52,016 nucleotides of DNA, from NCBI GenBank assembly GCA_035517755.1, contig DATIYG010000142.1:1-52016 (forward strand), given 5' to 3'. How positions within the stretch are numbered: position 1 is the first letter of the stretch; the number at the start of each line of letters is the position of its first letter. Of the stretch, positions 19,812 through 29,710 are shown piece after piece. The notes beneath the pieces were generated by a model that saw only the letters and a list, made by a program, of their open reading frames with translations, made no database searches and had not been told where the DNA came from. The DNA comes from Rhizomicrobium sp. (GTDB taxonomy: Bacteria; Pseudomonadota; Alphaproteobacteria; Micropepsales; Micropepsaceae). The position numbers and the translations under genes were made by a program.

Positions 19812-21227
19812 ATGTTGGACAATCCGACGGCTCTGCATCTTGCCAACCGGCTTGGCTTTGGGCCGGCGCAAGGCTCGCTTGCACACATCGGCGGGCTGGG
19901 ATTCGACGGATACGTCGACGAGCAGCTGAATCCCAAGACCAATCAGCTTCCCGATGCGCTGCAATCCGCGCTGCATGCCATTCCCTCGTACGGCAAGGAC
20001 ACGCCCACGCTCTATCGCGACTTCTGGTGGCGCGTGCAGATGCAGAATCCGGGAAAGCCCACACGCGAAGAAAGGCGGATGCTGAAGCCGATCACCAATC
20101 AGGTGCCGGATCAGTCCCGAACGGCGCGGTTGATGCGGGCCATTGCCAGTCCATGGCAATTGCAGGAGACGATGGTCGAATTCTGGTTCAACCATTTCAA
20201 CGTCTATGAGAAGAAGCAGGCCTGCAGGATCTGGACTGGCGCCTACGAGGATGAAGCCATACGCCCGCACACGCTTGGGCGTTTCAGCGACCTGCTGCTG
20301 GCAACTGCGCGGCATCCCGCGATGCTGGTCTATCTCGACAATGCGCGGAACGTCGCGCCGGTCCCGGGTGGAACGACGGACAATCCGCGGCGGAAGCTGA
20401 CGGGGATCAACGAGAATTTCGCGCGCGAGGTGATGGAGCTGCACACACTCGGCGTCGACGGCGGTTATACGCAAGCCGACGTGACTGCGCTTGCCTACAT
20501 CCTGACGGGTTGGACCGTCGGAGGCGACCGGGAAACCGGAGAGCCCATCAAAGGCGGCTTCCATTTCGCCGTCGCTCGTCATGACCCATCGCCGCAAACC
20601 TTGCTGGGCCGCCGCTTTTCGGGCGGCGAGGAGGAAGGTCAAGCCGCGCTCCTGATGCTGGCGCATCATCCCTCGACCGCTCGCCACATCAGTTTCAAGC
20701 TGGCGCAATATTTCGTGGCAGATCAGCCGCCGGCGCAGCTTGTTTCCGCCATGGCGCAGGAATTCCAGAAGACAGATGGGGACCTTCGCGCGGTCATGCG
20801 CACCATGCTGTCGAGCAAGGAGTTTCGTGATCCCGCGGGCTTCGGCAAGAAGTTCAAGACTCCATACCAATATGTCGTATCGTCGGCCCGCGCGACCGGT
20901 CACGATTTCCACAACGTTCAGGGCCTGATTGCCACGCTCAGGCAGCTGGGGCAGCCGCTATATGGTTGTGTCACTCCGGACGGCTATGCCTGCACGCAAT
21001 CGGCCTGGCTCGATCCCGATGCCATGATGCGGCGAATCTCGTTCGCGGTCTCATTCGGCAATGGCGCTTACAGCGGACAGGGGGACGCAACGCCCGCCGA
21101 TGGCGGCAGGCTCCTCGAGACGATCGGGCCGGAATTGAGTGCCGCGACACGGGCCGCTCTCGCCAAGACATCCAAACCGCTCTGGGCCGGCGCCATTCTT
21201 GGCAGTCCGGACTTCATGCGCTGCTAG
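19812..21227 (+). CDS. DUF1800 family protein
   Basis: Has NRLGFG, QLQETMVEFWFNHFNV, PAMLVYLDN, NENFAREVMELHTLG and KFKTP; paired with DUF1501. Confidence 0.9.
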   Translation: MLDNPTALHLANRLGFGPAQGSLAHIGGLGFDGYVDEQLNPKTNQLPDALQSALHAIPSYGKDTPTLYRDFWWRVQMQNPGKPTREERRMLKPITNQVPDQSRTARLMRAIASPWQLQETMVEFWFNHFNVYEKKQACRIWTGAYEDEAIRPHTLGRFSDLLLATARHPAMLVYLDNARNVAPVPGGTTDNPRRKLTGINENFAREVMELHTLGVDGGYTQADVTALAYILTGWTVGGDRETGEPIKGGFHFAVARHDPSPQTLLGRRFSGGEEEGQAALLMLAHHPSTARHISFKLAQYFVADQPPAQLVSAMAQEFQKTDGDLRAVMRTMLSSKEFRDPAGFGKKFKTPYQYVVSSARATGHDFHNVQGLIATLRQLGQPLYGCVTPDGYACTQSAWLDPDAMMRRISFAVSFGNGAYSGQGDATPADGGRLLETIGPELSAATRAALAKTSKPLWAGAILGSPDFMRC

Positions 21228-21238
21228 CGGAGGCAAGA

Positions 21239-22477
21239 ATGCTGCGACGCGATTTCCTCAAGTTTGCCGGTGCCGGAACAGCGCTCGGTTTTGTGAGTCT
21301 CGGCTCGCAGGCCTGGGCAATTCAAAACCGGAAGGGCGCCAAGCAGCGGCTTGTCGTCGTGTTTCTCCGCGGGGCTGCCGACGGCCTCAATGTTGTCGTC
21401 CCCTATACCGAGCAACAGTATTACGCGATGCGTCCGACCATCGCGATTCCGCAACCCGGACGGCCCGATGGAGCGCTCGATCTGGATGGGCGGTTCGCCC
21501 TGCATCCGTCTCTCGTGAGTCTGGTTCCGCTGTGGAAGGAAAAGACCCTGGCCTTCGTCCATGCGTCCGGCTCGCCGGATGAGTCGCGGTCTCATTTCGA
21601 CGCGCAAGCCTACATGGAGAGTGGCACACCGGGTGTGAGGACAACACCGGATGGATGGCTCAATCGCACGCTGGCACATCTGGCTGGTCCACGAACCGCG
21701 ACCGAGGCCGTCAATTTCGGTGACACGATGCCGCGCATCCTGAAGGGAACGATGCCGGTCGCGAGCATCGCTGCCGGCAAGGGTGCCCGTTCGGCATCGA
21801 CGGCGCTGGATCGTCCCGCCGTTCACGCGGCGTTTGACGACATGTATTCCGGATCGGATGAGTTGAGCGTCGCATACAGGCAAGGCCAATCGGCGCGCTC
21901 CCGGTTCATGTCGGAGCTGGAGCAGGACATGAGCGAGGCCGCCGCTGGCGCGCCGCCGCCAAAGGGATTCGCCGAGGCCGTGGACAAATACTGCCAGCTT
22001 GCCCGCCGCGATCCGACGATCGAAGTCGCTTTCTTTGCCTTGAGCGGCTGGGATACGCATGTGCATCAGGGTGGCACCCAGGGGACGCTCGCGAAAAATC
22101 TGCATCAGCTGGGCGAGGGCCTCTCCGGGTTCCGTTCCGGGCTGGGTGCCGATTACGAAAACACGGCCATCATGGTGATCTCGGAATTCGGTCGTACAGC
22201 GCACGAAAATGGCGATGGAGGAACCGACCATGGCCACGGCAACGTCATGTGGCTCCTGGGAGGCGCCGTTCAGGGCGGCAAGGTCTATGGCGACTGGCCG
22301 GGGCTGGAAGAGCACGAGCTTCATGAGTCCCGCGATCTGGCGGTGACGACGGATTTTCGCACGACAACGGCGGCTGTTCTGCGCAGTCATCTCAAATTGC
22401 CGCCACAGGCCATCGCTGCCGTGTTTCCGGGCAATGGTGGCGCGGCCGATAAATCCCTGCCGGTCATTCGCACCTGA
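21239..22477 (+). CDS. DUF1501 family protein, Tat-exported
   Basis: Twin-arginine signal MLRRDFLK, then VFLRGAADGL, RSHFDAQ, GWDTH, SEFGRT and GTDHG. RBS GGAGG. Confidence 0.9.
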   Translation: MLRRDFLKFAGAGTALGFVSLGSQAWAIQNRKGAKQRLVVVFLRGAADGLNVVVPYTEQQYYAMRPTIAIPQPGRPDGALDLDGRFALHPSLVSLVPLWKEKTLAFVHASGSPDESRSHFDAQAYMESGTPGVRTTPDGWLNRTLAHLAGPRTATEAVNFGDTMPRILKGTMPVASIAAGKGARSASTALDRPAVHAAFDDMYSGSDELSVAYRQGQSARSRFMSELEQDMSEAAAGAPPPKGFAEAVDKYCQLARRDPTIEVAFFALSGWDTHVHQGGTQGTLAKNLHQLGEGLSGFRSGLGADYENTAIMVISEFGRTAHENGDGGTDHGHGNVMWLLGGAVQGGKVYGDWPGLEEHELHESRDLAVTTDFRTTTAAVLRSHLKLPPQAIAAVFPGNGGAADKSLPVIRT

Positions 22478-22582
22478 CCAGGGCGTGAAGCAAACGTTGT
22501 GCCGCACGGTTGACGGCGGTTTTCCACTCCATCACATTCGCGCCGCCTGAAATGCGACAAACGTCAGCCAAAGGGATGCGGA

Positions 22583-22825
22583 ATGGGCGATAACGAGGAG
22601 CAAGCGGCCGAGAGTGTTGCGAAGGTGGATGTGGCCGCCTTGGAAGAGCGCGTGCACATCGCCGAACTGTTGGCGCGGCAGGCCGAGGCGGAAGTGCGCT
22701 ATCTGAAGGCGCAGATGGAGCGCAAGGACATGAAGCGCAAAGGGAACGAGCGCAAGGGGGGAGACGAGCGCACGGAGCGCAAGGCTGCCAAGCGCGCGGC
22801 GAAGGGGACCGACAAGGAAAAGTAG
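22583..22825 (+). CDS. Small hypothetical protein (coiled coil plus Lys/Arg-rich tail)
   Basis: 80 aa ORF filling an intergenic gap, with GC3-rich codons, a helical N-half and a basic C-half. Confidence 0.6.
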   Translation: MGDNEEQAAESVAKVDVAALEERVHIAELLARQAEAEVRYLKAQMERKDMKRKGNERKGGDERTERKAAKRAAKGTDKEK

Positions 22826-22828
22826 CGG

Positions 22829-25800
22829 CTAAGTGGCGAGCGCCGCGATGCGCGCCTTCAGGGTCGCGCGGAAGCGTTCGACGGAATATGTCTCGAAAAT
22901 GTTCTTCTGTGCGCGCTGTGCCAGAGCAAGCGCAGCCGGATAGTCGTCGAAAACCCGCCGCATCTGGACCGCGGCCGACGACACGTCGGGTTCCGCCCAC
23001 TGCGCGCCCTGTGTCGGCCAGTTCACGGCTTTCGGATCGACGTCGACGAGCCGGTAAGCGACTGGCAGGCAGGTTTCCGCCGTGCAGAAATCGGCATTGC
23101 CGGAATATCCGGTTGTGATGACCGGGGTGCCATACGCCATGGCGTCGGCGATGACATAGCCGAAGCCCTCCGAACGGTGCAACGACACGAGGCACGACGC
23201 CTGGCCAATCAGTTCGGCGAGCTGAGCATCGGAATACCGTTCCGTGACAAATTCGATGCGGCGGTCGCGCGCGGCAATTGCGGCGAGTTTTTCCCATTGA
23301 CCGAGCGCATTGCTCCAGTGCTGGGGGTTCACGGTCGACGCCTTGATGATCAGCCTGACATCTTCCTGTGAAGCGAACGCCTGTTCAAAGGCTTGCGCAA
23401 CGGCAAGCGGGTTCTTGCGCTCGATGGAAGAATCGAAATCGAAGACGCAGACAAATGTCGGGACTTCCGGTTGCGACTTCTGCGATACAGCGGTTGATTT
23501 CCCCTCCCCATAGAGTCCCTTGCCGATGACATGCGCCTTTGCGCCTGCGGTTGCATAGATATCCGCAACATATTGCGTCGGCGACCACACCTCATCGACG
23601 AGCTCGACTCCCAGCCGTTGCACCTGCGGTACCTGTGACGTCTCCCAAAGGAAAAAGCCCGCGGAGTGGCAATCGGTGAGCATCCGGCTTGCGTCGTTTG
23701 CATAGATTTCCGGCACGTCCTGCGCATTGACGGCAAAGACGACGACCGGCCGCGAGGCGCACGCGCTGCGCCATCGTTTGATCTCGGCCGTGAACTCCGC
23801 CGAATCCATGTCGAAATCGAGTCCGGTGACCGCCGCATTGTCGGCGCGCAGACCAGCGAGCAGCATTCGATAGTTGCGGCCGAGCCCGGTGTTCTTGGTC
23901 GCGTGCCCCACGACGAGGACTTCGCGCAAAGTTTTTTCGGCCGGCCGAGCCGCAGGCGCACGCGGCGTGGCAGCAGCGGCGTGCTCCTCGTTGGAAAGGG
24001 CAACCAGGATGAGCGGAACGGGAACGTCACTGCGGGTCTCATCAAACCCAAGGATTCCGCGCAGCAACGCGTGAAGTTGGGGATTCTGTGCGAAGAGCGT
24101 GGCCATCAACTGCATGGCCAGAAACAGGCGATCAACCGGATTTTTTCGGTCAAATCGCTTTCCATAATAGGTCGAGTTCGCGCAAACCAGATCGATAAAG
24201 CGGGTGACGGCGAGGCCGGAGAATTCGTCGGCCGACACAACCTCATTGGCGTAGGCCAGAATGGCGGGGCTGATGCATTCAGGTGGCACATGGTTGGCCG
24301 GCACGAACGCGGTCAGGTACCACCAGCATATCTCCCCGAGAGATGCATTTCCCTTCACTCTGAAGTCGCGTTCGTCACGCAACAGGGCATAGACGGTCAG
24401 GACGTCCAGGCTGATGCCAGGTCCAATCGAGACCGCCGGCTTCAACAGTGTACCTGCCAGCGACGAACCGACCGGAATGGCATCGTCTGCAATGCGCCGC
24501 GAGCAGGCGATGAAGTAATCGGTCGCCTGCTTGCACAACGCGAAATCATCCGTGGCAGGCACTTGCCGGTCATTGGTGCGGCGTTCCAGGAAATAGTCGA
24601 AATATCCCTCGCGTAGTTTGGCAAGGCGCTTCTCGGCAGCCTCCGGCAAGGGGGTTTCGGAAAGACTCTGCAGCAGCTTTCTGAAGTCGGAGCCGGCAAA
24701 GAATGTCTTGGTCGCGGGGTCGAGCCAGAACAGCACGAAGGCCGCGAGCTTGCGGCGCGCACCGACGTCCTTTGCGGTCCGCGATGCAATGGCACTGACT
24801 AGACGGGCAATGCGGGCCTTGTTTCTTGCGTAGAATGGCTCGGGCGCTCCGGTCGCAGACTTGCCGAGATGGCCGAGAACCTCCAGCGCTCCGTCAAAGT
24901 CTGACAGTTCGGCAAGGCGCTCAGCCAGCGCGACGCAAGCCACGATGGATCCGATCGCAGTGCCGGAGCGCCCGGCTTCCGGCTCGAGAAACATCTTGCG
25001 GATTGCGGCCGCCGAAAGTCCTGAAAACGCATCGATGTAGGATTGTGCGATTGTGGGCGACACCCCGCTGCACTCGCGTCCCATCGCGAACAAGACGTCC
25101 GGGCGGTCGTTTTCACGAAAGAATGCCATCAACGAGACAATGGTAGCCTCGTCCCATTCGCTGAACCGTCCGGCCTGGCTTTCGACAACCAGCGTGGCGT
25201 CTGCGACCCGCTTCGCCGTGACAAGGTGGGGAATGAGCGCAACTCCGATCGCGTTGTGGGATGCGTACTGGCGCACGAGTTCGCTGATGACGGCTGCATC
25301 CAGTTCACCGGGCCTGGCCTTCACAAGCAGGGCCGCAAATTCGCGCTGCAGGCCCTCGCGAAAGCCTCCGACGGTCAGCAGTCGGAGCAAGGCCCCGCCT
25401 GCCTCGGAATAACGGCCCAACAGCAGATACGCCATGAACAGGCGATCGGCCGCGGCCGGAGTCGACTTCTGTGAAAGTGCCGCTTCGAGATAGGGAATCG
25501 CCAGATCGTACGCCCGCAACTCCGCGAACATCCTTCCCGCCGAATAGTTGAAGCCGGCTTCGGGTTTCCGGGCGCGCGCAATCGGATCGAGAAATGCCGC
25601 CGCTGCATCGGGCGATTGCATTTGGCCAAGCGCGCGAGACCGCTCGATGACGATGCCTTCGGCCGTCCTTTCGTTGAACGGTATTGCGTCGGTAATGCTC
25701 AGGACGACGTCCGGTCTCGCCGCTTCGGACAGCGACTTGAGAACAGCCGCCGCTGCCGTCTTGTCTGCTGCAAGATGAAGAAACCGATCGGCCGCGGCCT

Positions 25801-25963
25801 GAGGGTTTTTGTCGAACAATTCGATCAGGACCTGTCCGGAAACGCCATCCCTGGTGAGCGGCCGCGAAACGTCGCCGTCCGGCGGAGTACCTGTCGTTGC
25901 AGCGTCGCCGTCCTCGATACCTGCGCCCTGCCTTGAAGCCAATATGTCAGGGCCCGCCGCCAC
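22829..25963 (-). CDS. Large glycosyltransferase: N-terminal TPR-like helices and C-terminal GT4
   Basis: TPR-like YDLAIPYLEAAL. The C-terminus has VVGH...GLG, FLWET, FDFDSSIERKNP and SLHRSEGFGYVIADAM. Confidence 0.85.
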   Translation of the reverse strand: MAAGPDILASRQGAGIEDGDAATTGTPPDGDVSRPLTRDGVSGQVLIELFDKNPQAAADRFLHLAADKTAAAAVLKSLSEAARPDVVLSITDAIPFNERTAEGIVIERSRALGQMQSPDAAAAFLDPIARARKPEAGFNYSAGRMFAELRAYDLAIPYLEAALSQKSTPAAADRLFMAYLLLGRYSEAGGALLRLLTVGGFREGLQREFAALLVKARPGELDAAVISELVRQYASHNAIGVALIPHLVTAKRVADATLVVESQAGRFSEWDEATIVSLMAFFRENDRPDVLFAMGRECSGVSPTIAQSYIDAFSGLSAAAIRKMFLEPEAGRSGTAIGSIVACVALAERLAELSDFDGALEVLGHLGKSATGAPEPFYARNKARIARLVSAIASRTAKDVGARRKLAAFVLFWLDPATKTFFAGSDFRKLLQSLSETPLPEAAEKRLAKLREGYFDYFLERRTNDRQVPATDDFALCKQATDYFIACSRRIADDAIPVGSSLAGTLLKPAVSIGPGISLDVLTVYALLRDERDFRVKGNASLGEICWWYLTAFVPANHVPPECISPAILAYANEVVSADEFSGLAVTRFIDLVCANSTYYGKRFDRKNPVDRLFLAMQLMATLFAQNPQLHALLRGILGFDETRSDVPVPLILVALSNEEHAAAATPRAPAARPAEKTLREVLVVGHATKNTGLGRNYRMLLAGLRADNAAVTGLDFDMDSAEFTAEIKRWRSACASRPVVVFAVNAQDVPEIYANDASRMLTDCHSAGFFLWETSQVPQVQRLGVELVDEVWSPTQYVADIYATAGAKAHVIGKGLYGEGKSTAVSQKSQPEVPTFVCVFDFDSSIERKNPLAVAQAFEQAFASQEDVRLIIKASTVNPQHWSNALGQWEKLAAIAARDRRIEFVTERYSDAQLAELIGQASCLVSLHRSEGFGYVIADAMAYGTPVITTGYSGNADFCTAETCLPVAYRLVDVDPKAVNWPTQGAQWAEPDVSSAAVQMRRVFDDYPAALALAQRAQKNIFETYSVERFRATLKARIAALAT

Positions 25964-26092
25964 CTTGTCTCCGATTTCGATTGCGTCCCGGGAAGGTCCA
26001 TTCGGGCCGGACAGCCTTATCTGCCTTCCTTCGACGCTGCTCCGTTGGCATTCTAGGGATGCGAGTCCGCTTTGGGAAGCGCCGCAGCCCCG

Positions 26093-26872
26093 ATGAAAAA
26101 TGCTCCGTCCAAGGATGGTTTTGGCAGATCGAATCGGTCAGGAGCGCAGCCCGGGATCGTGCTTTGCGCCGGATTGAAGAGCAGCGGCTCGACCTGGCTC
26201 TACAATGCGGTGATCCAGATCCTGGAGAATGCGACCGGCCGGCGCGGCCGCGGTGTCGTAGCGTTCTACGCTGACAAAATCGACTCTGTACCCCGCAGCG
26301 CCGGGCACGCGGCATACATTGTCATCAAGACGCATATTCCTTCTGCCGGCCTCCAGTTTCTTGCCAGCTTTCTTGGCGCCAGAGTGCTCGTCACAGTTCG
26401 CGAGCCCCGCGATGCAATCGCGTCGCTGTTGCAGCGATTTGATCATTCGTTCGAAGGGTCGTTGAACGAGGTTTCTGCCGGTGCGGCGAGGATGGTGAAG
26501 CTTGCCGGCCGCGGGCCGATGATCCTGCGCTACGAGGACCGCTTTTATCAGAAGCCCCGGACGATTAACGACGTCGCCGCCTTTCTCGGAGTAAGGCTCA
26601 CCGGGCAGGCGGCCAACCGCATCTTCCGATCTCTTACGCGCGACGCAGTCGAACGCAAGATCGGGCTGCTACGGCGCAAGGGCGTTTTCGGCAAGCACCC
26701 TGATGCCGACCGGTTCGATCCGCACACACATTGGCATCCCGGTCACATCGGCAACGGACGGATCGGCAAATTTCGGGGTGTTCTGTCTCCCGCACAGGCG
26801 AAGGCCGTGCTGGATACCACGGCAAAATACCGCAGGCGCTTCGGATATTCCGATATCGGGCAAAAGCCATAG
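26093..26872 (+). CDS. Sulfotransferase-fold (P-loop) protein
   Basis: 5'-PSB-like CAGLKSSGSTWLYN, then IKTH, 3'-PB-like VREPRDAIAS and LRYE. The start is uncertain (26072 or 26093). Confidence 0.72.
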   Translation: MKNAPSKDGFGRSNRSGAQPGIVLCAGLKSSGSTWLYNAVIQILENATGRRGRGVVAFYADKIDSVPRSAGHAAYIVIKTHIPSAGLQFLASFLGARVLVTVREPRDAIASLLQRFDHSFEGSLNEVSAGAARMVKLAGRGPMILRYEDRFYQKPRTINDVAAFLGVRLTGQAANRIFRSLTRDAVERKIGLLRRKGVFGKHPDADRFDPHTHWHPGHIGNGRIGKFRGVLSPAQAKAVLDTTAKYRRRFGYSDIGQKP

Positions 26873-26950
26873 GCGAATTGGCCGATGCTTGCGCGCCGGT
26901 GCGCGCCCATGCAAAACCGCAAGCGAGTTCTGGGGCATCGCGGCGCTTCA

Positions 26951-27682
26951 ATGATCGTTTCCTACCGGCACAACTACATCTTCATCAAGACCAAGAAGAC
27001 GGCCGGCACGACAATCGAGTGGGTGCTGGCGCAAAGTTGCGGCCCAGAGGACATCACGACGACCGCCCGCCCGGATGAACGCGAAGGACGCAGAGCGCGA
27101 CGCCGCCAATCGACGTTCTCGGCCGAAGACCTTGAAGTCTTGTCACCAGCCGAGCGATTCCGCAGGCTACGCGATCTTCGCGACAAGGCAGCCAAGCGTA
27201 AGCTCAAGGAACAACTCCGCTCCGAGGGAGACTTCCACAATCACATCTCGGCGGAGCAGCTGCGTCCCCTCCTTGACGAGACATTCTGGAATTCAGCGCT
27301 GAAGTTCACGGCGGAACGTCATCCCTACGAAAAGGCCGTCTCGTTCGCCTATTTTCAATACAACCAATCCGATCGGCATATTGCCAGCTTCGAAAGGCTG
27401 CTGGACCAGGTCGTGCGGCAGGGAGGTTACGAGGGTTTTCGGCGATGGTCGATCGGCGGAATTCCGGCCGTGGACGACTTCATCCGCCAGGAGAGCCTGC
27501 TGCAGGATCTGCGGCGCATTGGTGAACGGCTCGGGATACCCATCCCGGACGATCTGCCGCAACTCAAGGGAAACGCGCGCAAGGACCGGCGCCCGGCGCG
27601 TGAGATTCTGACGGATGAGCAGAAACGGATTGTGTTCGAGACTTGCCGGGCCGAATTCAACCTCCTCGGCTATGAACCTTAA
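26951..27682 (+). CDS. Sulfotransferase family 2-like protein
   Basis: Has MIVSYRHNYIFIKTKKTAGTTIE, RHPYEKAVS, DDFIRQESL and a C-terminal F.LLGY. Confidence 0.8.
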   Translation: MIVSYRHNYIFIKTKKTAGTTIEWVLAQSCGPEDITTTARPDEREGRRARRRQSTFSAEDLEVLSPAERFRRLRDLRDKAAKRKLKEQLRSEGDFHNHISAEQLRPLLDETFWNSALKFTAERHPYEKAVSFAYFQYNQSDRHIASFERLLDQVVRQGGYEGFRRWSIGGIPAVDDFIRQESLLQDLRRIGERLGIPIPDDLPQLKGNARKDRRPAREILTDEQKRIVFETCRAEFNLLGYEP

Positions 27683-27773
27683 CGCACGCTGCGTGCTGTT
27701 TGAGTTTATCGCCGGGGGCGGTTAGGTTGCTGGCTCCACGGACATTTTTCGGGGCACGTAGTCGGGCGGCCGC

Positions 27774-28541
27774 ATGCTTGTCATTTGCTACGGCATTACA
27801 AAATCGGGCAGCACGCTCGCTTTCGAACTGGCCAAGCAGGCGCTTGCCCATTGCGGTCACCCGCAGGACCGTCTTTCGGATGAAGTCGTCACGCCCGGTC
27901 ACAAGATCAACTTCGTCGATTCGATGTCCGCGGCGCGCATCGAGAAGCTGGAGCGCGAGATCGGTCCCGACCGGATCATCGCGGTGAAGACACACGCCGG
28001 CCTTGATCGCGAGAAGTTCCAATATGTGGATCGTCTGTGCGCCGATGGCCGGTTGAAGGTTCAGATTGTCTATCGCGATCCACGCGATGTGTGTCTGTCG
28101 ATGGTAGATGCCGGGCGCAAGGCGCGTGCCCAGGGACACGGAGCCTTTTCCGAGATTCATGATATCTCCGATGCCATCCACTCCGTCGAGAAGCAGCTTG
28201 CAAAACTTCGCCGCTGGGGCGCGTTGTCGAATGTTCTGCGCATCAGCTACGACAAGGCGGCGTTTGAGACCGATGCGGCGCTTTCGGCAATCGACGCGCA
28301 TCTGGGACTCGCGAGCAACCACGCTGCGGTCATCGATGAGGTGATGAACCGGGCGTTCACGCAAAAAAACAAGGGTGTCCGCGGGCGGCACCGGAATGAA
28401 CTCAACGAACCGGATCGCAAGGTCATGGCGATCGTCTTTGGCGCGTTCCTGAAGCAGGTTCTTGCCGAGGACGACTTCTCCTGGTTCACCGACGCGCGGC
28501 GCTCGCTACTGCAAGGCGCGGCGGCGAGAACCGATTCGTGA
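27774..28541 (+). CDS. Sulfotransferase-fold (P-loop) protein
   Basis: Has CYGITKSGSTL, VKTH, YRDPRDVCLS, ISYD and NKGVRGR. Confidence 0.75.
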   Translation: MLVICYGITKSGSTLAFELAKQALAHCGHPQDRLSDEVVTPGHKINFVDSMSAARIEKLEREIGPDRIIAVKTHAGLDREKFQYVDRLCADGRLKVQIVYRDPRDVCLSMVDAGRKARAQGHGAFSEIHDISDAIHSVEKQLAKLRRWGALSNVLRISYDKAAFETDAALSAIDAHLGLASNHAAVIDEVMNRAFTQKNKGVRGRHRNELNEPDRKVMAIVFGAFLKQVLAEDDFSWFTDARRSLLQGAAARTDS

Positions 28542-28542
28542 T

Positions 28543-28851
28543 CTAGCCGGCTTTCGCCGGTGCGGGCTTCGAGGCTTCTGCGCCGGCTGTCTGGCGCTTT
28601 TTGCCGCCGGTCTTTCTCGGACCGGCCCAGTCCGCAGGACGGAAGCGAATGTTCTTGGGCCCGCCTTCCTCTTTTGCGGCGCGGATCACGAATGTACCGA
28701 ATTCTGGAATGGTAACGCGATCGCCACGCGCGAGGGCGCCACGAATCTGCTTGAAGGTTTCCGCCAACACGGCGCTGACCGATGCCTTGCGCACGTTGCA
28801 GGCGGTGCCGATACCCTCATACAGGTCCTTGAGCTTGACTGGTTTGGCCAT
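28543..28851 (-). CDS. HU/IHF-family DNA-binding protein with a shortened arm and basic tail
   Basis: Has ALARGDRVTIPEFGTF and IRFRPA. RBS GAGGGG precedes ATG 28851. The RNP arm motif is absent. Confidence 0.8.
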   Translation of the reverse strand: MAKPVKLKDLYEGIGTACNVRKASVSAVLAETFKQIRGALARGDRVTIPEFGTFVIRAAKEEGGPKNIRFRPADWAGPRKTGGKKRQTAGAEASKPAPAKAG

Positions 28852-28972
28852 TTTCCCCTCGTTTGGGGCGACCGTATGGACAATTCCGGCGGCTTTCAAG
28901 CCTTTCTGCCGACAGGGTATTTTGCCCGGGCCGCCGGTTGCGAAGCTGCGCGCCATGCGGCATGGATACCGA

Positions 28973-29710
28973 ATGGGCAACCGCCTGAGGACAATCGCGC
29001 GCCGCGTCTTACACCGTTTGCACGGCTACATTCTGGCATGGCCGCTCCTCGTGTCTCGTCTTTTTCCGCCGGCGGGCGCGCGGGAAGCTCGCGAGCTCGA
29101 ACAGGCCGGCCGAACCGATGAAGCTGTCGCTGCCTGGCAGGCGATCCGAGATCGCCGCGTCGGGGATGCCGAAATCGTGCGTCTCCGGCTGAAGCGGGCG
29201 ACCGAGACAGGCCGGCGTGGCGACTGGCCGTCTGCGGTCGCAGACTACGAAGCGGCGATGGCGATCGCTCCCCACGATGGACGCGTGCGCGACAAGCTGG
29301 AGTATGCAGCCCTGCGCGGCGCGCGGGCAGCGCAAGCAGACGGACACTGGCTTGATGCGTGCCGCATGTGGCTCGCCTTCGGACGGGTGAGCGCCGACAA
29401 AGTGAAGTGTCAACGCAACCTTCTGCAATGTGCCCGGTATGCCGGCGAAAGCGCCGACACGACCGAGAAGATCGAACATGCCCTCAAGGCGTGGCGTTGT
29501 GTCGGCGATTTCGATCCGAATTCAAAAGATGCCCGGCGCGGGATGGTGTGGTGTCACATGACACTGGCACGCGAATCCGAGCGCGCGGGCGACCTTGCCG
29601 CCGCGCGCGCACAGTGGGAATCCGTCGTCGAACTTGCGCCCGATGACATACGCGGTCGCGAAGGCTTGCGCCGCATTGCGTCGTCGCCACAGCAGCAGGC
29701 CGCGCAATAG
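28973..29710 (+). CDS. TPR-like helical repeat protein
   Basis: Has the repeats GRTDEAVAAW, GDWPSAVADYEAAMAIAP and GDLAAARAQWESVVELAPDD. Its stop abuts the next start. The start is inferred. Confidence 0.75.
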   Translation: MGNRLRTIARRVLHRLHGYILAWPLLVSRLFPPAGAREARELEQAGRTDEAVAAWQAIRDRRVGDAEIVRLRLKRATETGRRGDWPSAVADYEAAMAIAPHDGRVRDKLEYAALRGARAAQADGHWLDACRMWLAFGRVSADKVKCQRNLLQCARYAGESADTTEKIEHALKAWRCVGDFDPNSKDARRGMVWCHMTLARESERAGDLAAARAQWESVVELAPDDIRGREGLRRIASSPQQQAAQ

